DNA of 62,374 bases, the filler included. It is 6 parts of 6 records of this genome, joined end to end, with 100 filler letters (N's around TTAATTAATTAA, not from the genome) between each part and the next. Parts side by side here need not be neighbours in the genome. Positions count along the whole stretch, not along the records: positions 17,217 to 46,619 come from SRR20825010_4628; positions 46,720 to 57,260 come from SRR20825010_4638; 4 more parts are not named here. One strand, 5' to 3'. The notes beneath the pieces were generated by a model. It did not search any database. It had not been told where the DNA came from and saw only the letters and a program-made list of their open reading frames with translations. The number at the start of each line of letters is the position of its first letter. Position 1 is the first letter of the stretch. The translations under genes were made by a program, and so were the position numbers. Shown here piece after piece: positions 40,975 through 50,548 of this stretch.

Positions 40975-43431
40975 ATGGCAACAGTTTTTCCAGTGGACCA
41001 GGCGATTCCCCCGCTTTTTCAGGCGTTAAAGGCGCACGGACGTGCCATTCTCGAGGCCCCGCCGGGGGCGGGGAAGTCCACCCGTGTACCAGTGGCGCTG
41101 CTGGACAGTGAGTGGGGCCAGCGCGGGAAAATCCTGATGCTGGAGCCACGGCGTGTGGCGGCCCGGTCGGTGGCCACGTTTATGGCCTCGCAACGGGGAG
41201 AGCCCGTGGGGCAATCGGTAGGCTACCGCACCCGTACCGATACTCGAGTCAGTGCACAGACGCGTCTGGAGGTGGTGACCGAAGGCGTGCTCACTCGCAT
41301 GCTACTCAACGATCCGGAACTCCCCGGTGTGAGCCTGGTGATCTTTGATGAGTTTCATGAACGTTCGTTGAACGCAGACCTTGGCCTGGCCCTGATTCTG
41401 GAAGCGGGTGAGGCTTTTCGTCCTGACCTCGGCCTGCTGGTGATGTCAGCCACGTTGGACTGCGGTCCGCTGGAAACCCTTCTGCAGGCGCCGGTGGTGA
41501 GTAGCGCAGGGCAGAGCTACCCGGTGTCCGTTGCCTATGCGCCGGTGCCCGCCCGCCAGGACTGGCGCAACCATTGCGCGGAACAGGTGATGAGACTGAG
41601 CGGCGACGCCGGGGTGATGCTGGTCTTCCTGCCCGGGCAGAGCGATATGCGTCGAATTGCCAGTCAACTGGATCAGCGGGGCTGCCCGGTGCCGGTGGTC
41701 ACGCTGCATGGTGGCTTGTCTCTGGACAAGCAGCAGAGTGTGATTGCACTGGCAGCCAGTGAGCCGCAGCTGATCGTGTTGACGACCAATGTGGCAGAAA
41801 CCAGCCTGACCATCGAAGGGGTGACCCACGTGGTCGACAGCGGCTTTGCCCGCGAACCGGTCTATGATGCTGCCCGGCACCGTACCCGGTTGGTGACCCG
41901 CCGCATCAGTGAGGCCAACGCCCGGCAACGTAGCGGGCGGGCAGGGCGCCTGGGCCCAGGCCATAGCGTGCGACTGTGGGGCGAAGCGGATGTGCTGGCG
42001 CGATATCAATTACCTGAAATCCAGCGTGTGGGGCTGGACCGTCTGGTACTGGATCTGGCCCGCTGGGGCTGTCGTGAGCCGCAACAGATGCCGTGGTTGG
42101 ATGCGCCGCCGCAGGGCGCCTGGGACAGTGCGCTAGAGCGTCTGCAGCGAGGTGGTGCGCTGGATCACAATGGCTCACTGACATCGCGGGGCGATGCCAT
42201 TGCCCGCCTGCCGGTGGATCCAGCGCTTGCCCTTCTGTTGATTGTTGCCAGAGAAGCCGGGCTCGCTGAGCCGGCGGCACGGCTTGTCGCGGTGCTCTCC
42301 GAGCGGGATATTCTGCCCGGTGAGGGGGTGGATTTACGGCGGCGTTTAGAGGCGCTGGACAATCAGCCGCAACGTTTCGAAGCGGTGCTCGCCGAGGCCA
42401 AGCGCCTTGGTGCAGGAGCCAGTCAGAGATCATCAGCCTGGCGCGACGCTATGGGCGGGTTGCTGGCCTCGGTTTTTCCGTTGCAGATAAGCAGACTGCG
42501 TAGCGGTAGCCAGGGGCGTTACCAGATGGCCGATGGCCCGGGTCTGTTCCTGCATGACAGTGATAGCCTGCAGGGAACGGAGTGGTTATTGGTCATGGAT
42601 ACGGATGGTCAGCCCCGGGATGCGCGTATCCGTCTTGCCTGGCCGCTCACCGGACCAGAGGTCGAATCTGCCCTGGAGAAGCATGGTCGTTGGCGGGAAC
42701 AGATTGGCTGGGACGCAGATAAACAGCGGGTGACAGGGCGGCGCGAGCGGGTGCTGGGAAATTTGGTGCTGCAAAGCCAGACACTGGCTTCATTGAGCAA
42801 TGAGCAGCAGGTATCCGGTCTGCTGGCTGGCATCCGCAGTCTGGGGCTTGCGGTGTTGCCGTGGGAAGACAATTGGCGGCAATGGCAGGCGCGTATTCAG
42901 CGTCTGGCTGCCGTGCAACCGGATGCGGATTGGCCGGCTGTAAGTGATGCGGCGTTGTTGCTGAACCTGGAGCAGTGGTTGGCGCCATATCTGGCCGGGA
43001 TGCGCAGTGTGGCTGATTTGAAAAAGCTGCCACTGGGGGCGGCGTTGTCGGGATTATTGTCGGTAGACCAGCAGCGTCAGTTGAAACAATTGATGCCGGA
43101 AACGGTGATGATTCCCACCGGCCGGGTTGTGCGTCTGGATTACACTGGCGAGCATGTGGTGTTGGCGGCGAAGCTGCAGGAACTGTTCGGTTTGCAGGCG
43201 CTGCCGCCTCTGGCCGGTGGCGCGCTGGCAATCACCGCTCACTTGCTAACCCCGGCCGGGCGGCCGGCAGCCATTACCGATAATCTGGCGCGGTTCTGGG
43301 TTGAGAGCTATGCGGCAGTGCGTAAGGACCTGCGCGGGCGTTATCCCAAGCATCCCTGGCCGGAAGATCCTTTGCAGGCAATTCCCACGGCGGTGACCAA
43401 GAAACGCCAGGCCCGCAATGATGCCTCATGA
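40975..43431 (+). CDS. hrpB: ATP-dependent RNA helicase HrpB
   Basis: APPGAGKST, LEPRRVAAR, DEFHERS, MSAT, TNVAETSLTI, QRSGRAGR, C-terminal RGRYPKHPWPEDP. Confidence 0.96.
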   Translation: MATVFPVDQAIPPLFQALKAHGRAILEAPPGAGKSTRVPVALLDSEWGQRGKILMLEPRRVAARSVATFMASQRGEPVGQSVGYRTRTDTRVSAQTRLEVVTEGVLTRMLLNDPELPGVSLVIFDEFHERSLNADLGLALILEAGEAFRPDLGLLVMSATLDCGPLETLLQAPVVSSAGQSYPVSVAYAPVPARQDWRNHCAEQVMRLSGDAGVMLVFLPGQSDMRRIASQLDQRGCPVPVVTLHGGLSLDKQQSVIALAASEPQLIVLTTNVAETSLTIEGVTHVVDSGFAREPVYDAARHRTRLVTRRISEANARQRSGRAGRLGPGHSVRLWGEADVLARYQLPEIQRVGLDRLVLDLARWGCREPQQMPWLDAPPQGAWDSALERLQRGGALDHNGSLTSRGDAIARLPVDPALALLLIVAREAGLAEPAARLVAVLSERDILPGEGVDLRRRLEALDNQPQRFEAVLAEAKRLGAGASQRSSAWRDAMGGLLASVFPLQISRLRSGSQGRYQMADGPGLFLHDSDSLQGTEWLLVMDTDGQPRDARIRLAWPLTGPEVESALEKHGRWREQIGWDADKQRVTGRRERVLGNLVLQSQTLASLSNEQQVSGLLAGIRSLGLAVLPWEDNWRQWQARIQRLAAVQPDADWPAVSDAALLLNLEQWLAPYLAGMRSVADLKKLPLGAALSGLLSVDQQRQLKQLMPETVMIPTGRVVRLDYTGEHVVLAAKLQELFGLQALPPLAGGALAITAHLLTPAGRPAAITDNLARFWVESYAAVRKDLRGRYPKHPWPEDPLQAIPTAVTKKRQARNDAS

Positions 43432-43463
43432 CCGTGCGTGTTCGATAAGCTGGATAAGGTGGG

Positions 43464-43504
43464 TGGCAGCCGGCGTTGTTTCCCAAGGCGCCAGCCGGCT
43501 GCCA
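43464..43504. terminator. GC-rich hairpin between convergent hrpB and sulfatase
   Basis: TGGCAGCCGGC...GCCGGCTGCCA perfect 11-bp stem, no strong U-tract. Confidence 0.5.
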
Positions 43505-43517
43505 GCCCGCAAAAGAG

Positions 43518-45215
43518 CTATAACTGATAGAGGAAAGTGGGTCCGGGAAACTCTCCGCCGTTGTCCTCGCCAATTTCATGGTCAATCAGCGCATTGGTCT
43601 TCTCATTCATGCTCAGTAGTAGCGCTTTGTGCTGTTGCGGCTTTGCGGCCAGATTGTCCAGTTCATCCGGGTCCATGTGAGTGTCATACAGTTCCAGATC
43701 GTTGTTCTGCATCAACGTTGCCCAGTCAGCCGGACGGTGATGGCTGTCTGGGCTGAAGTAGCGGATAAATTTATAACGCCCGTCGAAACAGCCGCGATGC
43801 AGGCCCCGGTTGTTCAGTGCGGGGCCCAGCTTCAATTGGCTAAAGGCTTCTGTCATCAGTCGTATGGGGGTGATCTCGTCACCTTTTTCAACCAGGGCCC
43901 GGGTGATCTCCGGGTCGGTGTACAGTGTTACCCCATACGCGAACAGGTGGCCTTTGCTGTCTCTGTCTGAGGGGCGCCCTTCTAGTGCTGCTGACAAATC
44001 GGTGCCGGGGGTTTGTGTTTCGACCTTACCCCCGGTTGCCAGGCTTAGCAGTGTCGGGACCAAATCCACGGAAGAACCAATATTGTCCACGTCCCGTTGT
44101 TGGCGCGCGTCCGGGTGGCTGATGATTAATGGAACCCGGCTGTTCTCCTTGTAGGCGAAGGGCCCTTTCTGGCGAAGGCCATGGGCTCCGGCCATTTCAC
44201 CATGATCGGCGGTGTAGACAATGATGGTGTTATCCGCCTGGCCACTTTGCTCCAGGGCCTGCAGTACTTGGTCGACCTGTCGCGACACGTCGCGCAGGCA
44301 ATTGAAGTAGTAACTCTGGTTGGCCAGCCAAGCGGCTTCGTTATTTTTATCGATGTGACCATAAACGCTGTCTATCAGTTTGGCGTAGGCTTGCTGGCAC
44401 CAAGGTTTGTTGTCCAGTGACGCCCGAAAAGACGCAGGAAGAGAAATGTGGGACCAGTCTTTTGCGTATACCGGGTCATGGGGCGCAGGACGAAGTGGTG
44501 CCATGAACTGCGGATTGGTGCGTGAGCGTGATTGTTTTTCGCCGGTAGAGAAAAACATGATGTCATGGGGATTGACGAAATTGACCGCCAGGAACCAGGG
44601 TTTTTCTTCTGTCTGGCCTTTACTCATGAGCCAGCGACACGCTTCGGCGGTAACCATTCTGTCAGCAATGTAGCCCTGCCAGACACTGCCGTGAACATCT
44701 CCCGTGAGGTTGTAGTCACTGAAACCATGTGATTCCAGCGCACGGTTCCTGCTTGGATAGTTGCCATAAAGCAGGCCGGGGCCGTCCTCGATATCGGATA
44801 GGTGCCATTTTCCCTTATAGGCTGTGTAGTAGCCCTGATCGCGAAAATGATGGCCCAGGGTTTTCAGCTTGTCGTTGAGCGCGGGAAAGGGGGGCGCATG
44901 GAGATTGGCTGTCATGTGGGTGTGCATGGTGTGTTGACCGGTGTACATGACAGACCGGGATGGTGAGCACGGTGAGGTGTTGACGTGGTAGTGGTTGAAG
45001 CTGGTGCCCCGCTGGCGCAGCCTCTCGTGGCCGGGAAGATCCAGGGAGCCTGGAAGGTCCAGGCCTGAACGTTCCTGATCGGAAACCAGCAACAAGACAT
45101 TGGGGCGTCGGTTTTTACGCAAGCCCGGAGCCCCTTTAACCGGGTTGGCAACGGCCAGGGCGGTGGCGCCAAGGCCAAGTTGCTTCAGTGCCGTACGGCG
45201 ATTTATTTTTGTCAT
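43518..45215 (-). CDS. Tat-exported Cys-type (formylglycine) sulfatase
   Basis: Twin-arginine NRRTALK, RPNVLLLVSDQ, CSPSRSVMYTG (CxPxR), KGKWHL, TADHGEM. Confidence 0.9.
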   Translation of the reverse strand: MTKINRRTALKQLGLGATALAVANPVKGAPGLRKNRRPNVLLLVSDQERSGLDLPGSLDLPGHERLRQRGTSFNHYHVNTSPCSPSRSVMYTGQHTMHTHMTANLHAPPFPALNDKLKTLGHHFRDQGYYTAYKGKWHLSDIEDGPGLLYGNYPSRNRALESHGFSDYNLTGDVHGSVWQGYIADRMVTAEACRWLMSKGQTEEKPWFLAVNFVNPHDIMFFSTGEKQSRSRTNPQFMAPLRPAPHDPVYAKDWSHISLPASFRASLDNKPWCQQAYAKLIDSVYGHIDKNNEAAWLANQSYYFNCLRDVSRQVDQVLQALEQSGQADNTIIVYTADHGEMAGAHGLRQKGPFAYKENSRVPLIISHPDARQQRDVDNIGSSVDLVPTLLSLATGGKVETQTPGTDLSAALEGRPSDRDSKGHLFAYGVTLYTDPEITRALVEKGDEITPIRLMTEAFSQLKLGPALNNRGLHRGCFDGRYKFIRYFSPDSHHRPADWATLMQNNDLELYDTHMDPDELDNLAAKPQQHKALLLSMNEKTNALIDHEIGEDNGGEFPGPTFLYQL

Positions 45216-45273
45216 CTGTCTCTCCCGTGGTGACCCGAACAGGGCAGCGTGGACAGAGTATGGTCGGCTTTGC

Positions 45274-45290
45274 TATAAGCATGGTTTATA
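45274..45290. promoter_or_regulatory. LysR-type recognition site in the divergent sulfatase/LysR promoter
   Basis: TATAA-GCATGGT-TTATA dyad containing T-N11-A. Confidence 0.6.
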
Positions 45291-45313
45291 TATCCATGCG
45301 TGAAGGTAATGCC

Positions 45314-46228
45314 ATGTGGCAATTACAGCAGCTCCGCCATTTCGTGGCGATTTATGAACAGGGCAGTGTGTCGGCGGCGGCCCGGCAACTGGGGCTGTCG
45401 CAACCGGCATTGAGCCGCAGCATGCAGCGGCTGGAGGATGCGGTTGGGTTGGTGTTGTTTCAGCGCGACACGCATCACCTGCGGCCGACAGACTTTGCGC
45501 AATCGCTTTACCGGCAGGCAAACCGGATTCTGCAGGAAAGTGCGGGTCTGGATCGTATGGTAGGCCGCCACCGTGAAGGCAAGGCCGGGGTCATCAGTAT
45601 CGGTTGTGGCCCCTTTGTCCCCGATATTCTGATGCAGATGCTGTCCGGGCCAAACGTGCTGGCGCAGGGCCAGCGCCTTGATATTCAGGTGGGTGAATTT
45701 CATGCCCTGCAAAAAGGGCTGTATGCCTACCGCCATGATTTCATGGTCTACGACCTGCGTTTGCGGCAACGATTGCCTGACCAGGATGATCTGGTTACGC
45801 ACCCGTTATTGGCGTTGCCATTACGGGTGGTCGCGTCACCTAAGATCATGGCGGCAAGTACTGTCGCAGGAACTGATGAGCAGGGGTTGAAGGCGCTGGC
45901 TTGTGAGCATCGCTGGGCGCTGCCGAGAGTGTCACGAAACTACCGCCGGGAAACGGCAACCTGGCTGACGGCGTTGATGAATGAACGGGGAGGCCCGGAT
46001 TACCAGCTGGACACGATCAGTTCGTGTCTGGCGCTTTGCCGGGAAGGAAAGGCCCTGACCCTGGCGCCGGATTCCATGATCGCGGGCGATGTGGCGTCAG
46101 GGGCTTTGTGTGTATTGCCGCTGGATGCCGGGGTCGATGCGCAGCCAAGCATGTACCGTCTTCGTTCGCACCCCTTGTCGGAACCTGCCGCGCGGGTGTG
46201 GCAATTTCTTGCGTCCAGCCAGACTTAA
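45314..46228 (+). CDS. LysR family transcriptional regulator
   Basis: LQQLRHFVAIYEQGSVSAAARQLGLSQPALSRSMQRLE HTH; divergent from the sulfatase. Confidence 0.93.
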   Translation: MWQLQQLRHFVAIYEQGSVSAAARQLGLSQPALSRSMQRLEDAVGLVLFQRDTHHLRPTDFAQSLYRQANRILQESAGLDRMVGRHREGKAGVISIGCGPFVPDILMQMLSGPNVLAQGQRLDIQVGEFHALQKGLYAYRHDFMVYDLRLRQRLPDQDDLVTHPLLALPLRVVASPKIMAASTVAGTDEQGLKALACEHRWALPRVSRNYRRETATWLTALMNERGGPDYQLDTISSCLALCREGKALTLAPDSMIAGDVASGALCVLPLDAGVDAQPSMYRLRSHPLSEPAARVWQFLASSQT

Positions 46229-46326
46229 GCCGATCCATCGAATGATAAGCGAAGGAGGGGGGTAAGCTCACGGTTCAATCCAGTAAGCGGTCGCAAGCGT
46301 ATTGTTTATTCTTGACCCTCGATGAA

Positions 46327-46360
46327 CCAAAAAAAGCCCCGCATTTGCGGGGCTTTTTGG
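46327..46360. terminator. Bidirectional intrinsic terminator (acnB / lysR)
   Basis: CCAAAAAAA-GCCCCGCA-TT-TGCGGGGC-TTTTTGG. Confidence 0.88.
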
Positions 46361-46378
46361 TGAAGCAATTACCGAGCC

Positions 46379-46619
46379 TTAGACAGACTGGGCAACCGGG
46401 ATCTTCACGGTGTCTGCCACTTCCTGGTACTCGGCCATCTGGTCGAAGTTCAGGTAGCGGTAGATTTCGGAGGACATGGAGTCGATGGTGTTCGCATACT
46501 CCATGTACTCTTCCTTGCTCGGCAGCTTGCCGAGGATGGACGCCACAGACGCCAGCTCAGCCGATGCCAGGTACACATCTGCACCCTGACCCAGACGGTT
46601 CGGGAAGTTACGGGTGGAG
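46379..46619 (-). CDS. acnB: Aconitate hydratase B, C-terminal part
   Basis: STRNFPNRLGQGADVYLASAELA...IYRYLNFDQ. Confidence 0.95.
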
Positions 46620-46719
46620 NNNNNNNNNNNNNNNNNNNNNNNNNNNNNNNNNNNNNNNNNNNNTTAATTAATTAANNNNNNNNNNNNNNNNNNNNNNNNN
46701 NNNNNNNNNNNNNNNNNNN
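46620..46719. other. Artificial contig linker
   Basis: N44-TTAATTAATTAA-N44. Confidence 0.99.
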
Positions 46720-46720
46720 G

Positions 46721-47362
46721 ATCGGGCCGAACGGGTCGGGCAAGACGACTCTCTTCAATTCGATCGTCGGTTATCACCCGATCGACGAAGGCTCGATCAA
46801 ATTCAAGGGCAAGGAGATCTCCAAGCTCCGGGTGCCGGACATTGCCAGGCTCGGCCTGCTCCGGACCTTCCAGCAGACCCGGATCTATTCGAAGATGGAC
46901 TGCATGAAGAACATGCTGATCTCGGTCTCGCACCGGGAAGAGGGCCTCGGCTCCATGTTCGGCTCCATGCATGACCGGGAGACCGAGGCTTTTGCCGAGG
47001 AGATTCTCGAATTCGTCGGGCTCTACCAGAAACGCTTTCTGATCGCGGGGGAGCTGTCTTTCGGTCAGCAAAAGCTGCTGGAATTCGCCATGGCGCTGAT
47101 GAACCGGCCAAAGGTTCTGCTGCTGGACGAGCCGACGGCGGGCATCAATCCGACCTTGATCAATGGCCTGATCGACCGGCTGAAGCGGGCGAACGAGCAG
47201 TTCGGCATCACCCTCTTCGTCATCGAACACAATATGCGCGTGATCATGAACCTGGCGGACCGGATCTCCTGTCTGGCTCATGGAGAGCTGCTTGCCACCG
47301 GCTCGCCGGAAGAGGTTCAGAACGACCCGCGCGTGGTCGAAGCCTATCTGGGAGCCCACTGA
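46721..47362 (+). CDS. HAAT-type ABC ATPase, LivG-like (5' truncated)
   Basis: IGPNGSGKTT, RTFQ, LSFGQQKLLE, LDEPTAG, IEHNM, VVEAYLG. Confidence 0.9.
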   Translation: MGPNGSGKTTLFNSIVGYHPIDEGSIKFKGKEISKLRVPDIARLGLLRTFQQTRIYSKMDCMKNMLISVSHREEGLGSMFGSMHDRETEAFAEEILEFVGLYQKRFLIAGELSFGQQKLLEFAMALMNRPKVLLLDEPTAGINPTLINGLIDRLKRANEQFGITLFVIEHNMRVIMNLADRISCLAHGELLATGSPEEVQNDPRVVEAYLGAH

Positions 47363-48246
47363 TGAGCGACAAGGAAGAAACCGTGAGTGTGACGGTGAGC
47401 GAGACGCGCATCAGCGGTTATGGCAAGGGTGGCGTCGAGACAGTCATTTCCGTCGAGGATGTGGTCCGGCAAGTCGAAGCCATCGCTGACGGCCCGGACC
47501 AGGCCCGGATCGATGCGCTGGCCGGGCCTGGCCCGTATCTCACAATCGACAAGCTGAAAGCCGGTTACGGCAAGATGGAGATCCTGCACGACTTCTCCCT
47601 CAAGGTCGGCAAGGGGCAGTCCTGCTGCCTGATCGGCCCGAACGGGGCGGGCAAATCGACAATCCTGCACTCGATCTTCGGCTTCACCAATATCTTCTCC
47701 GGCTCCGTCATTGTCGGCGGCAAGGATGTCACCCACCTCTCCTCCAACGAAAAACTGAAGAATGCGGGCATCGCCTACATCCTGCAGGACAAGTCCGTGT
47801 TCGGCGGGATGACGGTGGAGGAAAATCTCTGGATGGGCGGCTATCTGAAGGAGACGACGACGGAAGCCAGGGAAGCGGCGGAGCGGATTTTCGAAAAATA
47901 CCCGCGCCTCGCCGCCCGAAGGAACCATCAGGCCAAGGTGCTGTCCGGCGGCGAACGGCGCTTGCTGGAAATCAGCCGGGCGCTGGTCATGGAGCCGGAA
48001 ATCCTGCTGGTGGACGAGCCGTCCATCGGTCTTGAGCCGCGCTTCATCGATATGGTGTTCGAGATTCTCGACGACCTGCAACGGGTCGAGGGCAAGACCA
48101 TTCTGATGGTTGAGCAGAACGCCAAGAAGGGCCTGGAATTCGCCGATATCGGCTATGTGCTGGTTTCGGGACAAACGGCCATGGCGGGCACCGGCGAGGA
48201 ATTGCTGGCCAACCCGGAAGTGGGGCGTCTGTTCCTCGGGGGGTAG
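47362..48246 (+). CDS. HAAT-type ABC ATPase, LivF-like, with N-terminal extension
   Basis: GPNGAGKST, LSGGERRLLE, DEPSIGLEP, MVEQNA, FLGG end. Confidence 0.9.
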   Translation: MSDKEETVSVTVSETRISGYGKGGVETVISVEDVVRQVEAIADGPDQARIDALAGPGPYLTIDKLKAGYGKMEILHDFSLKVGKGQSCCLIGPNGAGKSTILHSIFGFTNIFSGSVIVGGKDVTHLSSNEKLKNAGIAYILQDKSVFGGMTVEENLWMGGYLKETTTEAREAAERIFEKYPRLAARRNHQAKVLSGGERRLLEISRALVMEPEILLVDEPSIGLEPRFIDMVFEILDDLQRVEGKTILMVEQNAKKGLEFADIGYVLVSGQTAMAGTGEELLANPEVGRLFLGG

Positions 48247-48261
48247 CGGAGGGGTCAACGA

Positions 48262-48972
48262 TCATGACCGTTTGACGCGGAACACCTGCTTTCGTGCATG
48301 ATCGCGGACCAGATCGACGTCCTCGCCATTCCAGTGATAATCGAGGTGGCGTCCCTGTACTGGCAGGGACGCCAGATCCGGATGGAAAAGCGCAGCTGCG
48401 CTTCCCTCGGGGTAGCGGACGCTTGGATAGACAACCCCGTCCCGGCCCGTTTCCCTGAGGTGCTTTCCGAGAGTTTGTCCGGCGGCATGGGAATGTGGAT
48501 CAAGTTCCGGGGTGAACCGTTCCCGATCGAGCCGAAGATCCGCAAGCGAGGCATCGATGTTGAGCAGAAGTTCCCGGAACTGGGATGTCCAGCCCGGCTC
48601 TTCGTGCGTCGCACGCATCAGCCGTTCGTGATGGTGGATGGTTTCGAACAGGGCAACTTCGAAACAATCGCCCGCATAGAGAACGCCGTACTGCCCAGCG
48701 GAAAACCGGCTTGGCCTGTCCCTGCTGGCATGGGTGAAGGGCGCCATGAGGAAAGAGGCTCCAGGGCCTGAAACGCGCCTCTGCGGTGGCACGAGGTCGA
48801 GCCGGCCCACACTTTCCAGAATGCGCGGATTGGACTTCTGCTCGGCGGATATCAGAAGCGCCCAGTCTTCGGGATCGGCAATATCCTCGAACAGATCAAT
48901 GGGCGGGTGGAGAGACCTGATAATGCGCCGGGCGCCGGTCCAGGCAACGGAACTGACAGGAACGTCCTTCAC
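48262..48972 (-). CDS. RES-family toxin (putative NAD+ phosphorylase)
   Basis: PPIDLFE, SRFS..YGVLY, LFET, GVVYPSVR provide the R-E-S residues; start overlaps the antitoxin stop. Confidence 0.9.
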   Translation of the reverse strand: MKDVPVSSVAWTGARRIIRSLHPPIDLFEDIADPEDWALLISAEQKSNPRILESVGRLDLVPPQRRVSGPGASFLMAPFTHASRDRPSRFSAGQYGVLYAGDCFEVALFETIHHHERLMRATHEEPGWTSQFRELLLNIDASLADLRLDRERFTPELDPHSHAAGQTLGKHLRETGRDGVVYPSVRYPEGSAAALFHPDLASLPVQGRHLDYHWNGEDVDLVRDHARKQVFRVKRS

Positions 48973-49382
48973 CAGGCCCCGCGTTCGGCATCGAGATAGT
49001 CCCGTACCCGTATCAGGTCGGTCATGTCGCCATGGCGCATCACATCAAGCGCGCTTTCACCACCAAAAGCATCGTTCGGCTTGCCGATCCAGGCATATCC
49101 GCGCGCCGGGTCGGTGAAAATGATGCGCAGGCTTTTATGGATGCCCATCACTATTGCCAGCCGGGTTTTCTGGTCCCGGCCAAGGCGTCCGGTCTTGCCG
49201 GTCTTCCAGCGCGCATAGGTGCGGGGGGCAAGGTCAAGCAGGGTTGCCGCGTCCTCGTCCGTCAGATCCCAATGCGCGAACAGTCTCACGGCAGCACGGA
49301 AGAGTGCCGCGCCCTCTTCGTCCGTGATAGGGGCCATGCGGAATTCAGCGGGTTCCGTCGCTATTGGATGCAAGCTGATCAT
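48969..49382 (-). CDS. Xre/MbcA/ParS-family antitoxin
   Basis: HTH (LFAHWDLTDEDAATLL...TYARWK), GIHKSLRIIF, WIGKPNDAFGG, VRDYLDAERG. Confidence 0.9.
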   Translation of the reverse strand: MISLHPIATEPAEFRMAPITDEEGAALFRAAVRLFAHWDLTDEDAATLLDLAPRTYARWKTGKTGRLGRDQKTRLAIVMGIHKSLRIIFTDPARGYAWIGKPNDAFGGESALDVMRHGDMTDLIRVRDYLDAERGAW

Positions 49383-49391
49383 CGGAAACCT

Positions 49392-49428
49392 CCATGTGGC
49401 GCAATATAGTGTATTTTACGCCATATGG
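49392..49428. promoter_or_regulatory. Inverted-repeat operator upstream of the Xre antitoxin
   Basis: CCATGTGGCGCAATATA-GTG-TATTTTACGCCATATGG, 14/17 dyad, abutting the SD. Confidence 0.65.
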
Positions 49429-49477
49429 CAATGATGTGGCCCTGGCATGAAGGAGGGGTAGCCTTGCGGACGGGACT

Positions 49478-49948
49478 CTACCGCTCCAGCCCAAGCCTTT
49501 TGTGCCAGGCTTCGATGCTTTCCTCCGGATAGGCATCGAAGCACTGGTCATGCGCGCCTTCCTCCAGCGGCACCCAGTCCGGTTTTGCCTCAAGCATCAG
49601 ATGCGTCAGTTCCGGCGCGGTGGGAAGCGGCGTGTCGATGGCGCCGGCTTGCGGGTGCACCAGCTCCGGCCAGCGCGGGTCCCAGAGCCAAAGGGCGGAG
49701 CCGCAGGTCTTGCAGAAGCTGCGCTCGGCCGGGCTGATCTCGCCGTCGATCACGGCGCTGTATTTCGCGATGCTCTCCGCGCCCTCGATCTTCAGGCTGT
49801 CAAAGTCGCCGGACAGATTGATGGCATAGCCGCCGCTACCGGCCGTCTTCCGGCAGATAGAGCAGTAGCAGCGGTTGAACGGCGTGGGATGCTTGCTTTC
49901 CAGGCTGAAGCGGACGGCGCCGCAATGGCAGGACCCTTCGAGATGCAT
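49478..49948 (-). CDS. GFA/CENP-V family zinc protein
   Basis: GSCHCGAV, CYCSICRK, RSFCKTCGS. Confidence 0.92.
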   Translation of the reverse strand: MHLEGSCHCGAVRFSLESKHPTPFNRCYCSICRKTAGSGGYAINLSGDFDSLKIEGAESIAKYSAVIDGEISPAERSFCKTCGSALWLWDPRWPELVHPQAGAIDTPLPTAPELTHLMLEAKPDWVPLEEGAHDQCFDAYPEESIEAWHKRLGLER

Positions 49949-49975
49949 GGCGCAGTTCCCCTTGACGGTGTTTCC

Positions 49976-50548
49976 TCAGTCGGCGCCGCCGGACATGTCC
50001 GGGCGCAGGAAGCTGATCTGGGCCTTGCCGTAGCGCCGGTTATCCAGCACGTCCAGCCATTCCGGAATTTCCAGCTGCTCCGACTTCTCGCATTCGACGA
50101 CGATCAGCGTCTCGCCATCGATCCAGCCGCCTTTGTGCAGCCGGGCGAGCGCAGGCGCGGCAAGGCCGCTGTTATAGGGGGGGTCCATCAGGATCAGGCC
50201 TGCCGGACGCGGCGCCGTGCGATGCAGCGAAAGAATGTCCCCCTCGATCACGATAGCCGCGTCAGTAACTTTCAGCCGCGCGATATTCTCGCGCAGTGCC
50301 TGAACGGCTTCCCTGTCGTTTTCGATGAACACCGCTTCCGTCGCCCCGCGTGACAGGGCCTCGAGGCCGAGCGCACCGGTGCCTGCAAAGACATCCACCA
50401 CCAGCGCATCCGTCAGCACATCGCCGAGCCTGCCGCCCTGAATAACACCGAACAGGGATTCCCGTGTCCGGTCGGCGGTCGGCCGTGTGTTCCAGTTCTC
50501 AGGGGCGGCGAGTTTGGTTCCGCGATTTTTGCCCGCGACGATCCGCAT
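49976..50548 (-). CDS. rsmD: 16S rRNA m2G966 methyltransferase
   Basis: [45 protein letters not shown]. Confidence 0.95.
   Translation of the reverse strand: MRIVAGKNRGTKLAAPENWNTRPTADRTRESLFGVIQGGRLGDVLTDALVVDVFAGTGALGLEALSRGATEAVFIENDREAVQALRENIARLKVTDAAIVIEGDILSLHRTAPRPAGLILMDPPYNSGLAAPALARLHKGGWIDGETLIVVECEKSEQLEIPEWLDVLDNRRYGKAQISFLRPDMSGGAD

Noticed and set aside
46270..46285. GGTTCAATCC resembling a tRNA T-arm
   Set aside because: One base short of the T-loop pattern, with no cloverleaf or CCA end around it.
48240..49462. GGAGGGGT and GGGGTAGC octamers on both sides of the TA module as a target-site duplication
   Set aside because: Short, G-rich and inconsistently ordered on the two sides; likely chance in GC-rich DNA.
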